From: Stylophora pistillata
Lineage: Eukaryota
DNA length: 64,000 bases
Direction: 5' to 3'
NCBI RefSeq assembly: GCF_002571385.2
Contig: NW_019218085.1
Coordinates: forward strand, 1 to 64,000
Position numbers and translations under genes: made by a program
Shown here: positions 1-13,691 of the stretch, piece after piece
Position numbering within the stretch: position 1 is the stretch's first letter
Layout: the number at the start of each line of letters is the position of its first letter
The notes under the pieces: model-generated
The model's input: only the letters and a program-made list of their open reading frames with translations
Database searches by the model: none
What the model was told of the DNA's origin: nothing

Positions 1-611
1 AATATCATGAAATAAAACTTTAAAATATCAATTCTTTAGGATAAAAGAATAAAACAAAAAACGTCTTTTTAAGATCAGAAAATAAAACTTTCAAAAATCA
101 CTTCACTGTACATAGATAGCTGTTTCACCCTTGTACAAATAGTTTCATCCCTGTCACCAGTTGGAAACGTTCATTCTTAGCTATGTACGATAATTGCTAC
201 ACGAAAATTACCTCATAAACAACTAAACCCCTGGTAATGAGATGAAACTTAGAACAATCACGTCACGTTACAACAGTAGTGACAACGAAATTTCCCATAT
301 GAACAACGTTAAGTAACAGTGATCAAATCTCAGCTGAGCGCAAAGCCAAGCTGAGATTTAGCCTACAAAAAGGAAGCAAACTATGTGCTGCTAAACAGGT
401 CAGTTAGGTAAGTGGGCGCATCCATAAAGGTTCTTAAAGGAATAGACACAGCACCCTCACATTATCAGCGAACATGCACCTCTGTGAGGCATGTTTGTGC
501 AATCACTACACCGTCACGCAGACATTTTCGACTTAATCCCAATAAAACTCCAGGAAATTTTACGGTGAAATTTTCAGTTATGATATATCAAATAGCAACT
601 AAATATACTTT

Positions 612-3600
612 TCACGCCGCGTCAATTGATTCTTTGGTGGCCTTTGCATCAAATGCTTTTAACTTATCAGCAGCATCAGTTCTCCTTGCTTTTTCCTTCA
701 CCACAGTAGCAAACTCCCCAACAGTCAGTTCTGGCCTTTCAGCCACCAACCATTCAATTACTGCTTCTGATTTTCCCTCCTGAAGCCTCGCTTTTATTTT
801 GTTGTGGGTGGCACCATACCAACGAGCAATTGCCTCATAGGGAAGTTTTCCACAAACTGGTGCGTCTAAAAGTTCGCAGATTTCTTCCTGTTCACTGGAG
901 TTTAATAAGTCTCTTAGAGGCTTGGAATCTGAAACAAAGATGAATCAGAACAATATACGTTGAGGAATACATATGCATGGCACATATTGGCTCAAAGGTT
1001 CTGTGACGTACTAGCTGACTAAATACTTTTAATATGCTCGTTTCATCCATTATACCTCTCTACCGTACTGTACCTTTACTCAAAATACTTTTTCCTGAAT
1101 AAATGAGATTCAGTTCACGTTTTTTACAACTAAGGGCTTAGACGACAAATGAACTTTGCAAGTATAACTCTGAAATTTAAATTACTAGCTGCCACAGCAA
1201 TTCATGTTATTTCACTAAAGGTTTTAACATCAGTAAGAGCTCAAACTTGAGCCATTCAAATTGGATTGAGTTGACATGCAAGGCCTTCATTCTCTCAGCC
1301 CTGAATTTCTGCAGATATATAAGATAAATATGCAATTCTCCCATGATATAATACATAACATGTAGTCTTAGAAATTCAACCATCCACAGAGAAGGATTCA
1401 GGTCCACCTTAGGCATGCCAAACATAATAATTACCTGACGTAATTACCAGCTTGTCTGCATTTTGGCACGAGCTTGTACAGGCCTTTCCATCACTCTAGA
1501 AAGGAAACCAAAACTTAGTCTTGTACATTGCAATTAGCTCACCTGTAAATGAATGTTGTAGGAGCTATCACAGTGCATGCATGACGGCAAATATACCCCT
1601 TTCATCTGAGTTACCTAAAATTAATAGTTTTGAGGCAAAAATATTTCCATGCAACCCTTGATATTTACAGACATCCAGACTTCACAAGGAAATAAGTGGA
1701 ATTTGGAAACAAAGTTGATGAGTAAGTCAGGTCTCATTTTACAATTTCCTTGGCTCCTTTTTAATTCTAGACCATTTAGTTTTTCCTTAAATATTGCAAC
1801 ATTACGCATGCATGAATAGGATGGATGCAATTCACTTGTGTATCTTTGATAACTAATTCCCTACTGTATGCCAGACTTGCATAATGATCATGGATAATAA
1901 TGGACATACAGTGCCACATCTCTTTTACAAAATATAGGGTAACCCCTGAACATTTCAGCTTCAAATGGGAGAGATTTCCCTTTTTTTTTTCAATGTACAA
2001 GTGGAGGAGATCGATATTTAAAACAATTTAAAAATTCCATGTTCTCCTAATTATAGCCTATCTCGCTACTTTATTCATTTAGTACCTCTAAAGGTGGTTT
2101 GGACAATTCAACTTGCACTGATCCAGAATTGTAATGAACCTCAGTTCTTCTCTTCTTGTATGTTCCCCCATGTGTTTGTGAAAATTGTTAAGACTGCCAT
2201 CACCATACATGTATATGTTGTAGTTCAATTTTATACTTAGTTCAAATTTTATTTTACTTTGTTCTCGGTCATGTTAATGTATGATAATGGTCGAGTTTGA
2301 AACAAAGGAAAATAACATTTGAACCAAGGATAAAATATATATTTGAAGTATAGCAACAGATTAATCGTCATTAACCTCATTCAAAAACTCCTGAGTATAA
2401 TATCATGTCTATTAGTGAATGCAGCTTGCACAGGCAAGACTTAACCTTTGTGAAAGTAATGATAGTATAAAGGGGAAATTTAACACAACAAAGGTTAATT
2501 GTGACAATTTTAGTAGATCTGATTTCACATACAAAGATAATACCTAAACCTCCATTATATTCATTTGGTCTCTGACAGTGCACCACATGTATTAGTTTCC
2601 CGACTGAAATTTACCTGGATTAACAGAACTATGTTTAGGTGGCCGTAACTTGCAAAACCATAACAGGCACATTCCAACCACAAACAACAGAACCAGTACC
2701 AGTACCACAGCTGTGACTGTAATTAATGTACATGAGTCATCGTGATCACTGCTTTTGGAAGCAAACTGGCCATGAACCCTAAGCTGGGTTATATTTTTTA
2801 ATCTGTAACCCCACTGGCATTGGCACCAGTTGTGACTGTGTGACTTGATATAGACGTTGTGGGAGCTAAACTCTGACTTGATTCAGTGGTAGACTGAGGT
2901 ACAAATTTTGGGGTTGATTTAATATTGCATCTGTTAACGCTGCTATGGAAAGAGCAGATCATGCTTGATTGAGATCCCAACTTTCCTTTACATTCATCCT
3001 CCTCCACATCTTGGTCATCATTGCAACACTTGGAACATTTCAAGCAATCTCCTTTGGATGCATCATAATACCTGTTCAAGATGAAAAGTAATTAAGGAAC
3101 AAAACTTTATCTTTTTTGGCTGGCAGATATTGTAAAAGTAAAGTTGACCCCTCCATTTTTTCAAGGTTTGAGCCTTTTGCCTGACGGTGTCATTGTAGTT
3201 GAATCACGTCAACTATAGAAAAACTAAAATCATTGATTTCTAAATAAATGTGAATCCAACAAAGGACATTCCATTAGGTTCTAGTTTTTCTAATATTCTT
3301 TAGTCATCTTGGAATTTGAAATATTTTTGCAAAAAAAGCCCACATTCAAAACCGGAGAACCCAGAAAAATTACCATTCAGTGGAGTTTATTTAGGACAAG
3401 AACCAACCACAAATAACCTGCAAATATCCCCGCACCATCCCTGCTCCCGTGATTAAGGATACATTTCACTCCTAAACAATTACAATTTATTGCTGGCATT
3501 AAAAACTATCAATTTGAAACCAATTAATGGGCAAATACCAGGTAATCTGACCACCTATCAAAACCAGACAAGGAACATTCTGTAGCCAGTCAGATTTACT

Positions 3601-6249
3601 GTTGGAACAAACCATGGCCCTCTCCCCCCTCCCCCAAGCCACTTTATGTACAAGAAGTTACCTGTCTTTGCTGTAACATCTCTTTCCACATTCGATGTCT
3701 GCCTGACGAGAGCAGTTTTTTATCACCACCTGATCTTTGGCGCAATATGAACATGGAGTGCAGACAGAAGTGCTATGTTCATTGGAAAATGACCTTCCCA
3801 GTTGGCATGCAACACAGTGACCCATTGTATTAGATGGTAATGGTTTGGAATTTCCACATTCTGGTGAGGCAGTTTGACCAGGAGGGCAAGTTTGACAGTC
3901 AATACATTCTGTTGTGCCATCTTCCTTTTCAATCCAGTATTGGGTTTTCTTGCAAGGATTTGTAGGCTTAAGAGGCAAAAAATACTTGTACTTCACTTCA
4001 GATGTTTCTAAGATGAGGTGGAAAATTATGGGGAATAACTCATGGAGTCCTTTAGAGAGTATATAGATCTCTTCCTTGTTGAGAAAAAGGCTTGTAATTC
4101 ATAATAAAATTTAAAAGAATGAGATGTTTCCAAAAGTGAGCACACTATTATATGGGACCTGATCCCCCCTCCCATCACTTCCCTTCCTCTAAAATATGAT
4201 GCTGCCATAGTATAATTTCGGCCGAGGGTCCGTTAGTGTCAAGCTGTTTCGAGGCTTAGGCAAACATTGGGTTTAACGAGAGATTGCACCCAGGGTGGAG
4301 GACACTCAACTCCTTTACAATCAACTGAATCTCCTTTATTACTTGAATCAAGGTTCTTATGTACATAATTGTAGCTAAATCAAACGTGATACAAAATACA
4401 GAAGATAATACGAGTTTCGATCCCTTGGAATAAACAACTTAATAACCACATATCAAGTTTCCATATTCCATGCGACACATTATTAAGTAGGAATATTTTC
4501 ATGAATACTCTAACAACAAAGGGTTACACATAAATCATATTTCTGGTGGTAATTATGTGATCAAAGCTTACTTTAGAATTGTTTGTCATGCTTTGTCATG
4601 CTATGCTTAACTTTACAACACTGCAATAAACTGGAAAAGTTTTGGTGGATTTATAACTTTATTCATACATGCATGGTTAGAAAATCCTTTAGCATAACAC
4701 ATCAGTAAAACATCTTATTCTATCTTGCTAAATTAATCTAACTAATAAGATAAGATATATTAGACATTTTGACATATAATATTTGTGATGTGATGTTATA
4801 ATAAGTTAGAACTAACTTGATCTCCACTGAGGTTAAAAGTAATTCACTGCATATCTTTAGGATTGAATAATCAACTTATAACACCACCCACTGAAAATTT
4901 ATTGACAGATAGATTATGATATTAACATTACATTTTTCACTTAAATTAGGAAAGTTAGCTTAAACTCGATTGTTCATGGTATTTTCATAATTTCAAGTAC
5001 TGTTATAAATTTCAACAGTGTCTAAAACAATTTTTAACTACATTTACTACTAATTAAGTGGTAATATCACTTTGTGTTGTGTTACTGTTATCAAATAATA
5101 CTGTTATCTGCACATTAATTGTCATAAAATTATATAATTTATCAAATTACTTTTATTATCATCTTCGATACAAATACATCTAAATTAGTCTTTCCACCTA
5201 GTCAAAATGTAGCTTATGCTGTTGTATAATAATATTTTAACTAATCAAAAAATTAATGCATTTCTGTACAGAGGACACTGACTTTCTACAGACTTCTAAT
5301 TAACACTTAGTTCTATAGAGGTGCCTAGCTCCTAATTGAGGGGCCGGGGGGCATGGGGTGTTCTGAACAAAATAAAAGAAATACAGCAATTTAACCAAAG
5401 AAATATTATCAACACACTGACACTGCAATTGGATAATTAACCACAGGTTGTCAAAAAGTAGTTTTTAAAAGGGTAAAAGAATAAACTGCAACACCGGAAA
5501 TGCTTTATCTTACTGAACAAGCTCGGTTTAAAATCATAAACATTGTACTCTGTAAGGTTTGAGATCATCTTGCAAGTCATTCTTCACTGCAATACTGCAT
5601 CGAAAAAAGGGTCAATACTGCAACATCACAAACCCCACTGTCCCCTCCCTAATTTCTTTTTACTGTATCCCTTGATTCAAATCTACAGTTTATAAGAATA
5701 GAACAAATGATCACTAGTTCAAGAAGCTCCTGACAATCAAACAATTTTTTTTAATTCTCCCTGTCATAATTACCACAAAAAATATTAAAATAATTAACAG
5801 CGGAAAATCTAATTATTGATGTTATGGCATAAATTAAAGGCTTAAGGTCTTCTCAAATAAACATGAAATTATCAATTTTAGTGAAAATAGGTTACAATAG
5901 TTTTAAATCTTTTTCAATTGGCTAATACACAAATTAAACATTCTCATTCTTTAAGCTTTTTCCATAAACACTCCTCCTGAATACAACTATGTAAATAACA
6001 TCATTCAATAACAATTCACTCTGCAAAAAGATCAATCTACTGATAGTTTTTAAATATTTTCAGATTAAAGCATATTTGAAACTAGTTTGAAATTAATCAA
6101 GTTGGTAACTGTGGTTGACACTGTTTACTTTTTCAGCTACCACTGTCAATTACACTGGTATGCATTAATCACTGAAAGCAATAATCTTATATGTAGAAAC
6201 ATACCTTTGCAGATACTGTTGGGAAAACTAAACAAGCAACGAGCAACAT
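612..6249 (-). CDS. Gene A: TNFR-superfamily death receptor (EDAR/TROY/XEDAR-type cysteine-rich domains, TM, death domain); frame broken just before the TM
   Basis: Signal exon 6249-6205 (MLLVACLVFPTVSAK). Cysteine-rich exons 3966-3662 and 3071-2615 with GT-AG junctions in matching phase. TM-like TLITVTAVVLVLVLLFVVGMCLLWF lies in a different frame after the TAA at 2798-2800. Small linker exons at ~1614-1543 and ~1496-1435. Last exon 928-612 encodes a death-domain-like sequence (EEICELLDAPVCGKLPYEAIARWYG...EAVIEWLVAERPELTVGEF). At least one linker exon between 2615 and 1614 is unresolved. Confidence 0.8.
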
Positions 6250-7591
6250 CCCAAAAAACTGCAAAAAAAAATTAGATTTGATATTTATAAATCAACTCTT
6301 ATAATAATAAAATACCTCCTTTGCTTTAACTTTAAAGCACATTTCTCTGTTTACATATTTCAAGAGAGACCAAGTACAACAGATGATGTCACACAATTAA
6401 AGCGACAGAAAGAATGATGCAATATGGTTCAGAGTATTTCCTTAAGAGTGTGAATAATACTTAAAAAGTAGATGATGCAATATAATGATGTATGCCAGGA
6501 ATAATGATCAGCCATATCAATGTAACAAGTGCTCACTGAAATTAAGCGTAATATACTGATATAGCATATCAAGCAGCTCAAGGGCAAAAATTAATAGCAA
6601 CTAACTGTTAAACTAATGATCATGAAGTGAGTCGAATAAATGGGATTCGATCCGTGGTACAAAGTGTACTTCGTCTGCTGTGTTATTTTATCTCTATACA
6701 TCGTTTACATACATTTACGATCTCTTCTGAAACATAAATGCGACAATTCAAAGCCTGGACTTATTTTATTTTAATATCATCCACTTCTGGCAATTTCTTC
6801 CACTAGCAAACGTCAGATGATGCAAAAAAATCTTTTGTTTTAAGAACATGATTACGTTAGCACATTCGATCTTCTTTTTATGGCGTGATACGCCTCCCAA
6901 CACGCCTACGCATGCAAATTTATTGCGCAGACTTTAAACGGCAAAAAAATGGAGGAAAAATCCTCTTAAATCAGCGATAGTGCGGCTCTAAAATACCAAG
7001 AAAGTTCAAAATATTGCTCACCTTTTGATAAAAAGACAGATGATTGCTATCCTTGTGAGACGGTTGCAGTCGCTTTCTTATGACGTATCTCTTTTCAGCG
7101 CTAACCACCTATATCAGAGATAGACGTTCGGAGAGAAAATATTGCGTTAATCTCGAGAGTTTATATACTAAATCTTTAAACGAGAAAACCATTATAAACA
7201 AGCAAAACGAAATGACAAAATCGTACCATTTTCTCTAATGGCGTCGTGGTTTTTCAAAGGGTTCGAAATCTCGACGGAAGCGACTGCTAAAAACGGATAT
7301 TCCAAGACCTTGCTCGTGAAATATCCATTTGGCATTTTCCGTGGAAAATCTCTTACTGAATTCTCAAATTCGCGGAGATGCGAACACCAAGACTTTCAAC
7401 AAGAGCAGCAGCAAACTTTCTTCGAAGGTTCTTTAAAATACGCTAGTCGCCTATTGTTTACAAGTAGTGTTACGTCACTCGATTTCATTCATTCAGTACT
7501 ATCCAATCAAATGTAACCTGATCATTTCGGACTGACTACTGATTATCATCACATGATATTCTTGTGACTGATAGCATGACAAAATAATGGC

Positions 7592-7601
7592 GGGAATTTC
7601 C
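7592..7601. promoter_or_regulatory. kappaB (NF-kB) consensus site upstream of gene A
   Basis: GGGAATTTCC matches GGGRNNYYCC exactly. A weaker GGCATTTTCC lies at ~7331. Confidence 0.45.
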
Positions 7602-7750
7602 CTTGCCTTTCCTTCCACCAGAATTCTTTACATTATTGCACGTAGCTTTTAATTTGAGAAACTACGCGTAGATAGCAATTCCTACATGAAGGCGCGCTCG
7701 AATTCGCAACTCTAATTCTGATAACATGACAAAATAATTTACTATTCTAT

Positions 7751-7882
7751 GGGCCTGATTACATGAGCCGGGCTGGCCCTGTTAGCAGGGCTGATTTCTT
7801 TTGTTTTGGTTTTCGCCAAAGCGTGAAAACAAAAGAAATCAGCCCGGCTAACCGGGCCAGCTCGGCTCATGTAATCAGCCCC
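7751..7882. mobile_element. Palindromic MITE
   Basis: gggcctgattacatgagccgggctggccc ... gggccagctcggctcatgtaatcagcccc form long terminal inverted repeats (TIRs); TAT flanks both ends. Confidence 0.75.
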
Positions 7883-8198
7883 TATATTCACCTACGAGCG
7901 CGGGATTTCTGCCCGAAAACATTGTAATTGTTGTAGAAATAAAAGACTTAAACCATCTTTTTACACCGAATTGGAGGTGGCTAACAGTGGATATTTACCA
8001 ACTGCTGCGTGGCGAGATAAATATCTACAACCAGCTTGAGTGAATACATGCAGTTGTTAATTACTCCGCATGGCGCTCAAAATGAGAATGAAACCGTCAC
8101 CTGTTATTTGCTAACAGTGCTCATCTGATGTATATACCAAGGTAGGTGATAGCTCGAGACAAGCCTGGCAAAGAAGTATCAGTTCTGATCCTTTTAAA

Positions 8199-8386
8199 CA
8201 AGGACCGCGGAGCGAGGTGTAAAGTGGGAGGGTTGACAATTGAAAATAATTTTTTCACGTTGAAAACCGAAAAAAAGGAATAAAATCATAGTAATCATTT
8301 TTCTTTTTAGCGTAAAAAGTAGGGGCGGGGGCGCAAAAAAGTGGTGGGGTCGCGGCCCTACCGTCCCTCCCCCTCCGCGGTCCCTG
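8199..8386. mobile_element. Short non-autonomous DNA element (hAT-like MITE)
   Basis: Termini caaggaccgcggag / ctccgcggtccctg are near-perfect inverted repeats with GC-rich ends. No clear TSD. Confidence 0.5.
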
Positions 8387-9243
8387 TTAAATGAGGTGAA
8401 ACGAAAAACTATACAAGACAAAAGGCGGAATTCCAAACAAAGCGTGTCTAAAAGAACCAGTGTTTCTGTAAATTACTGTGATTCTGAAGCCAAAAGGGAA
8501 GAAATTTGTCTGGGAGTTCTACACAATTACATTTGTAAAAAATAACAGTAATTAAAGGATCCATTCTGTGTGGACAATATTGATCAGTTTTATGGTTATC
8601 GATTTTAGGGATTTCGACGAATGTAAAGGGTACAGAGGACAATATAGAATAAAAAAAGGACCCAGACTTGTAAGGCACTGTGATTTTGCAACGGGATTAA
8701 GTTGTATTGTTTACTTTCTTTTATCCAATTTTTTCTTTCTTTTCTATTCTTTTGTTTGATTGCTTGTTCAATTGTTCTGCTTTGTTTTGTTTTTTAATTT
8801 TTTATCTTTTGTTTGATATTATTTATTTTGAAATCAGATGGAATGCACAGCCGAGAAATTTCAGTCGCGGAGCACTATTATTTAACAATGTGCATGCTAG
8901 TTGTTTAAATTAAGAAATTCTTTCAGGCAAGAGAAAAAAACCTTTTTATTACTAGCGGTGTGAGCTATTTACATTTCAAAAACTCACAGCAGAGACAGTC
9001 GTCAGCTCTAATTTCATAATCATTAGTTTGATGACTTATACGGGGACTTAGTGAAAAGTGTAATACATTTTACACGACTATTAATAGAATACGAAGCATT
9101 CAAATATAACTATAGCCTGCACTTCCCTGAGGTGCTACTGGCTAGATATTGATGTAACCATGGAATATAAACTTGTAATACGTTCCTTGTTTTTCACGAT
9201 AAGCCCCAAAGCTTATTCGCCTTTATCAAAACCATCACCATCA

Positions 9244-9802
9244 ATGGCGTCTGGTAGTGATGCGAAGCCCGTAGACTTTTGGCATCGAAATCTTTCGAAA
9301 ATACCCAAAATTACTAACGCTTTTGCAGAGAAATTCGCTGAAGATAATATTCCAATACAAGTGACAATCGACAGAGGGTATAAATTCTTCCACAAAGAAT
9401 TTATTCATGATATTTAAGGTAAATTTTTTTGCATCATTTTTGTCACCTTTAGTGATCTTGTACTGATTTTTTAAGGCTCATAAGCGTTTGATTTCTCTTT
9501 CTTGTTTAGTTAAACTTTGCAAAGAAGATGTTGGACCGACTATTCGTGCGAAATGCTTTAGAAATCAAAGGAAACACAAGGATCGAAATAAGCTATCCGT
9601 CTGCTTTGAACTTTCTACCACAGCTAAACTGATCATCAAATTTATGTGCTCTAGTGCCAATGGAAACGATGTTTGTCACCATGTCCTTGGTTTGTTATTT
9701 ACTATCGCTCATTTTCAGCTCCTAGGGTATAAAAGTGTCCCCCCTGTCATTTCAAAGACACAAAAACCCCAGGTAAAAAGTGTTGTAATAAACATACCAT
9801 GA
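9244..9802 (+). pseudogene. Truncated SWIM-finger ORF of ISL2EU copy 1 (YqaJ part missing)
   Basis: RGYKFF...FIHDI*, an intron, then IRAKCFRNQRK...CSSANGNDVCHHVLGLLF...SKTQKPQ. Aligns by eye with the ORF at 45594 (CSCVAGVEGYCHHVVGLL). Confidence 0.65.
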
Positions 9803-9804
9803 TA

Positions 9805-11907
9805 CGTATATAAGAACGATCCTTCGCAGTAAAGCACTATTTGAGCAATAGTGCTAATCAGACCTGAAAAAAATTTCAGGCCTGTACGGGATTCGAACCA
9901 CTGACCTCTGCGATACTAGTGCAGCGCTCTACCAATTGAGCTAACAAGCCAACTGGGAGCAGGCCATCAAATTAATTCGATATAAACCCGTAGATGATAA
10001 ATCAAACAACAACAAACATATGAAACATATGTGTGAACTGCGGTTATGAGACGTATATGAGAACGATCCTTCGCAGTAAAGCACTATTTGAGCAATAGTG
10101 AAAATCAGACCTGAAAAAAATTTCAGGCCTGTACGGGATTCGAACCACTGACCTCTGCGATACTAGTGCAGCGCTCTACCAATTGAGCTAACAAGCCAAC
10201 TGGGAGCAGGCCATCAAATTAATTCGATATAAACCCGTAGATGATAAATCAAACAACAACAAACATATGAAACATATGTGTGAACTGCGGTTATGAGACG
10301 TATATGAGAACGATCCTTCGCAGTAAAGCACTATTTGAGCAATAGTGAAAATCAGACCTGAAAAAAATTTCAGGCCTGTACGGGATTCGAACCACTGACC
10401 TCTGCGATACTAGTGCAGCGCTCTACCAATTGAGCTAACAAGCCAACTGGGAGCAGGCCATCAAATTAATTCGATATAAACCCGTAGATGATAAATCAAA
10501 CAACAACAAACATATGAAACATATGTGTGAACTGCGGTTATGAGACGTATATGAGAACGATCCTTCGCAGTAAAGCACTATTTGAGCAATAGTGGAAATC
10601 AGACCTGAAAAAAATTTCAGGCCTGTACGGGATTCGAACCACTGACCTCTGCGATACTAGTGCAGCGCTCTACCAATTGAGCTAACAAGCCAACTGGGAG
10701 CAGGCCATCAAATTAATTCGATATAAACCCGTAGATGATAAATCAAACAACAACAAACATATGAAACATATGTGTGAACTGCGGTTATGAGACGTATATG
10801 AGAACGATCCTTCGCAGTAAAGCACTATTTGAGCAATAGTGAAAATCAGACCTGAAAAAAATTTCAGGCCTGTACGGGATTCGAACCACTGACCTCTGCG
10901 ATACTAGTGCAGCGCTCTACCAATTGAGCTAACAAGCCAACTGGGAGCAGGCCATCAAATTAATTCGATATAAACCCGTAGATGATAAATCAAACAACAA
11001 CAAACATATGAAACATATGTGTGAACTGCGGTTNCCGTACAGGCCTGAAATTTTTTTCAGGTCTGATTTCCACTATTGCTCAAATAGTGCTTTACTGCGA
11101 AGGATCGTTCTCATATACGTCTCATAACCGCAGTTCACACATATGTTTCATATGTTTGTTGTTGTTTGATTTATCATCTACGGGTTTATATCGAATTAAT
11201 TTGATGGCCTGCTCCCAGTTGGCTTGTTAGCTCAATTGGTAGAGCGCTGCACTAGTATCGCAGAGGTCAGTGGTTCGAATCCCGTACAGGCCTGAAATTT
11301 TTTTCAGGTCTGATTTCCACTATTGCTCAAATAGTGCTTTACTGCGAAGGATCGTTCTCATATACGTCTCATAACCGCAGTTCACACATATGTTTCATAT
11401 GTTTGTTGTTGTTTGATTTATCATCTACGGGTTTATATCGAATTAATTTGATGGCCTGCTCCCAGTTGGCTTGTTAGCTCAATTGGTAGAGCGCTGCACT
11501 AGTATCGCAGAGGTCAGTGGTTCGAATCCCGTACAGGCCTGAAATTTTTTTCAGGTCTGATTTTCACTATTGCTCAAATAGTGCTTTACTGCGAAGGATC
11601 GTTCTCATATACGTCTCATAACCGCAGTTCACACATATGTTTCATATGTTTGTTGTTGTTTGATTTATCATCTACGGGTTTATGTCGAATTAATTTGATG
11701 GCCTGCTCCCAGTTGGCTTGTTAGCTCAATTGGTAGAGCGCTGCACTAGTATCGCAGAGGTCAGTGGTTCGAATCCCGTACAGGCCTGAAATTTTTTTCA
11801 GGTCTGATTTCCACTATTGCTCAAATAGTGCTTTACTGCGAAGGATCGTTCTTATATACGTCTCATAACCGCAGTTCACTCATATGTTTCATATGTTTGT
11901 TGTTGTT
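9805..11907. repeat. 247-bp tandem array of a tRNA-derived unit in two inverted arms (~5 and ~3.5 copies), with a 12-bp TSD
   Basis: gaacgatcc recurs at 9814, 10061 and 10308. Orientation flips at the n at 11034. The unit contains a tRNA-like cloverleaf (e.g. 11221-11293, A/B boxes, AGT anticodon, mismatched T-stem). CATACCATGATA occurs at 9793-9804 and 11908-11919. Confidence 0.9.
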
Positions 11908-12222
11908 CATACCATGATAGTTGATATTTTTTAGTTCTCTAAAATTAAAATTGCTTATAACCTTGTAACACAACAGCTGCATAATATTCTATTCAACATT
12001 GTATGTGTCTTTAATAAATAAATAAACTTTGGCTGTAACCTAGCAGCTTGAAAACATAAAGTTGAACGGTTGTTACAAAAATTTAAACATAGAGTTTGAA
12101 CACCTAATCTAAGAAATAGACCTAGAACAAAACGTTTATTTCATTAATTTTTCACTTGGCTTTAAGTTTTTATTTTTTCATGAGTACAGCGTACTCCCTC
12201 TGTGTTTAAAAATTAGTAAAAT

Positions 12223-13412
12223 CTACGATTTTTCATAGAACAAAGGAACTTGAAAATTAGTAATCAAACATGCAAAAGCCCAGATTTGATTTATACTACC
12301 AGCTACAGTCAGTGGGATTACACGATCAAAGTAGTGAAACTCTTTAATCCTGCATATATATCTTTCTACATGAACCCTTAAGTTAGTTATTTGCTTATTA
12401 TGAGAAAGTTCTTTCTTAGAGAATTTGCCCTTACTCTGGAGAAAAGCAGGCATTGCCACACTGCACCCTAATGGTTGTAAAAGCTCCTCTATTACAAAGT
12501 CTTTATCAGCCATAGTTTTATCACCTGGTTCAAGTAAATCCAGTAGACCTGACTGCTTAGCAATTTCCTTATCAGATATGCTGCCTCCAAAAAGAGAACT
12601 TATGTGAATAATTTCCCCTTATGGTGATATGACCACATTGCCTTGTAGGTAGTGTGGCTTTTATAGGAGGAGTAACAGCAGCTATTTAAAACCATACTTG
12701 ATGGTGTTTGCACCTTTATTTCAGAGGCATCTATGATAACACGGCTCGTAGGATACAATGACTTGAAACACTTTGGCATATGCTTGTCGATAATACTTCT
12801 AGCTGGCCAAATGGGACTAGTTCCCAAAACAAAATAGAGAAAATTAATCCACGAAATAAAAACTCTGCTTACGGTTGACTCAGAAATATTAAATTCCCTT
12901 GCTAGTTTCTCATTGAAAGTGCCTAGCCTTAACTTGGTAACACATAAATAGAATTGATCAAATAAACTAAGTTTACATGCCCTAATGGCATTTCCGGTCT
13001 TGTTTATTTCATTTTCTCCTTTATTCCTTACTCTCTGAAACTGCGACCACGAGTACATTTTTTCAGCTGTTGGCCTCAAAGCATTAAATGTACTTACAAG
13101 AACTTCAAATGAGAAAAATCCAGTGTGAAACCTTACACTCTTGTTAGACATGCCTTGCAATTGTCTGTACAATGATTCTTTCTTTAGCAGTTTTTCTAGT
13201 TCCTCGATGCGCTTTTGTGCTGCCTCCAATAGGTCTTCTACGGAGAACTGCCTACTTACCGAGAAAGTTTCGCTGGTATCGCGTCTAATTTGAACCATCC
13301 ATTGTCTTCTAAGCGCTTTGTCTTTAGGAAACTGATGGAATGTTAAGTTATTAAGTGCTTTTGATCTATTATTGCTGCACTTGGGAACACTGCAGTGATC
13401 TTTGTTCGGCAT
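12223..13412 (-). pseudogene. THAP-HTH-DDE (HARBI1/DDE_Tnp_4-like) transposase, frameshifted
   Basis: N-terminal HCSVPKCSN...FHQFPKD...W...IRRD (THAP, C-terminal half missing); RVIIDASE, YSSYKSHTTYK, MADKDF and RVHVERYI motifs; frameshift near 12640. Confidence 0.85.
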
Positions 13413-13691
13413 GATTCGATTACCTGAGGCGATCAGGAACCACGCGGCGCCTCGTTCTCATGTAAACACATTACGTCATTTTCAAGACGGCGGGGGAGTG
13501 ATAAGGGCAAATTAGGAAAAAAGGCATTCTTTACAAGTGCTGCTGTGCACCGACTTAAGTCTACAAACTGATGTCTTTCTCTACAAATATCTAACATCTC
13601 TAAGGCAGTGATTATACGTACTATTTCCTTATTTTCCTATTCCTTTAAGTGTGTACATTCAAATTTTAGACCATTTTAGTACATTTTTATG

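Larger units (their letters stand above)
9110..13510. mobile_element. Defective ISL2EU-type (PIF/Harbinger-related) DNA transposon, copy 1, with a nested tandem array
   Basis: Convergent SWIM-type ORF (+) and THAP-HTH-DDE transposase (-), the same layout as the element at 44986-48322. Right end ...gtgataagggcaa|AT at 13510. Left end uncertain (~9110 or ~9217). Confidence 0.7.

Noticed and set aside
412-783. 123-aa plus-strand ORF
   Set aside because: It is the antisense shadow of gene A's death-domain exon.
4231-4514. Possible solo LTR (cgttag...ctaaca, with an antisense AATAAA)
   Set aside because: The 5' end is not TG and no TSD was found; the evidence is too weak.
7000-9100. A head-to-head partner gene for receptor A
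   Set aside because: No C/E/G-like exons were found, only MITEs and AT-rich sequence. A also lacks ZU5-UPA, which fits the partner being specific to UPA-bearing receptors.
9805-11907. CRISPR array or functional tRNA-Thr(AGT) gene cluster
   Set aside because: Whole 247-bp units are near-identical with no unique spacers, and the context is eukaryotic. The T-stem has two mismatches, and the array sits between TSDs inside a transposon.
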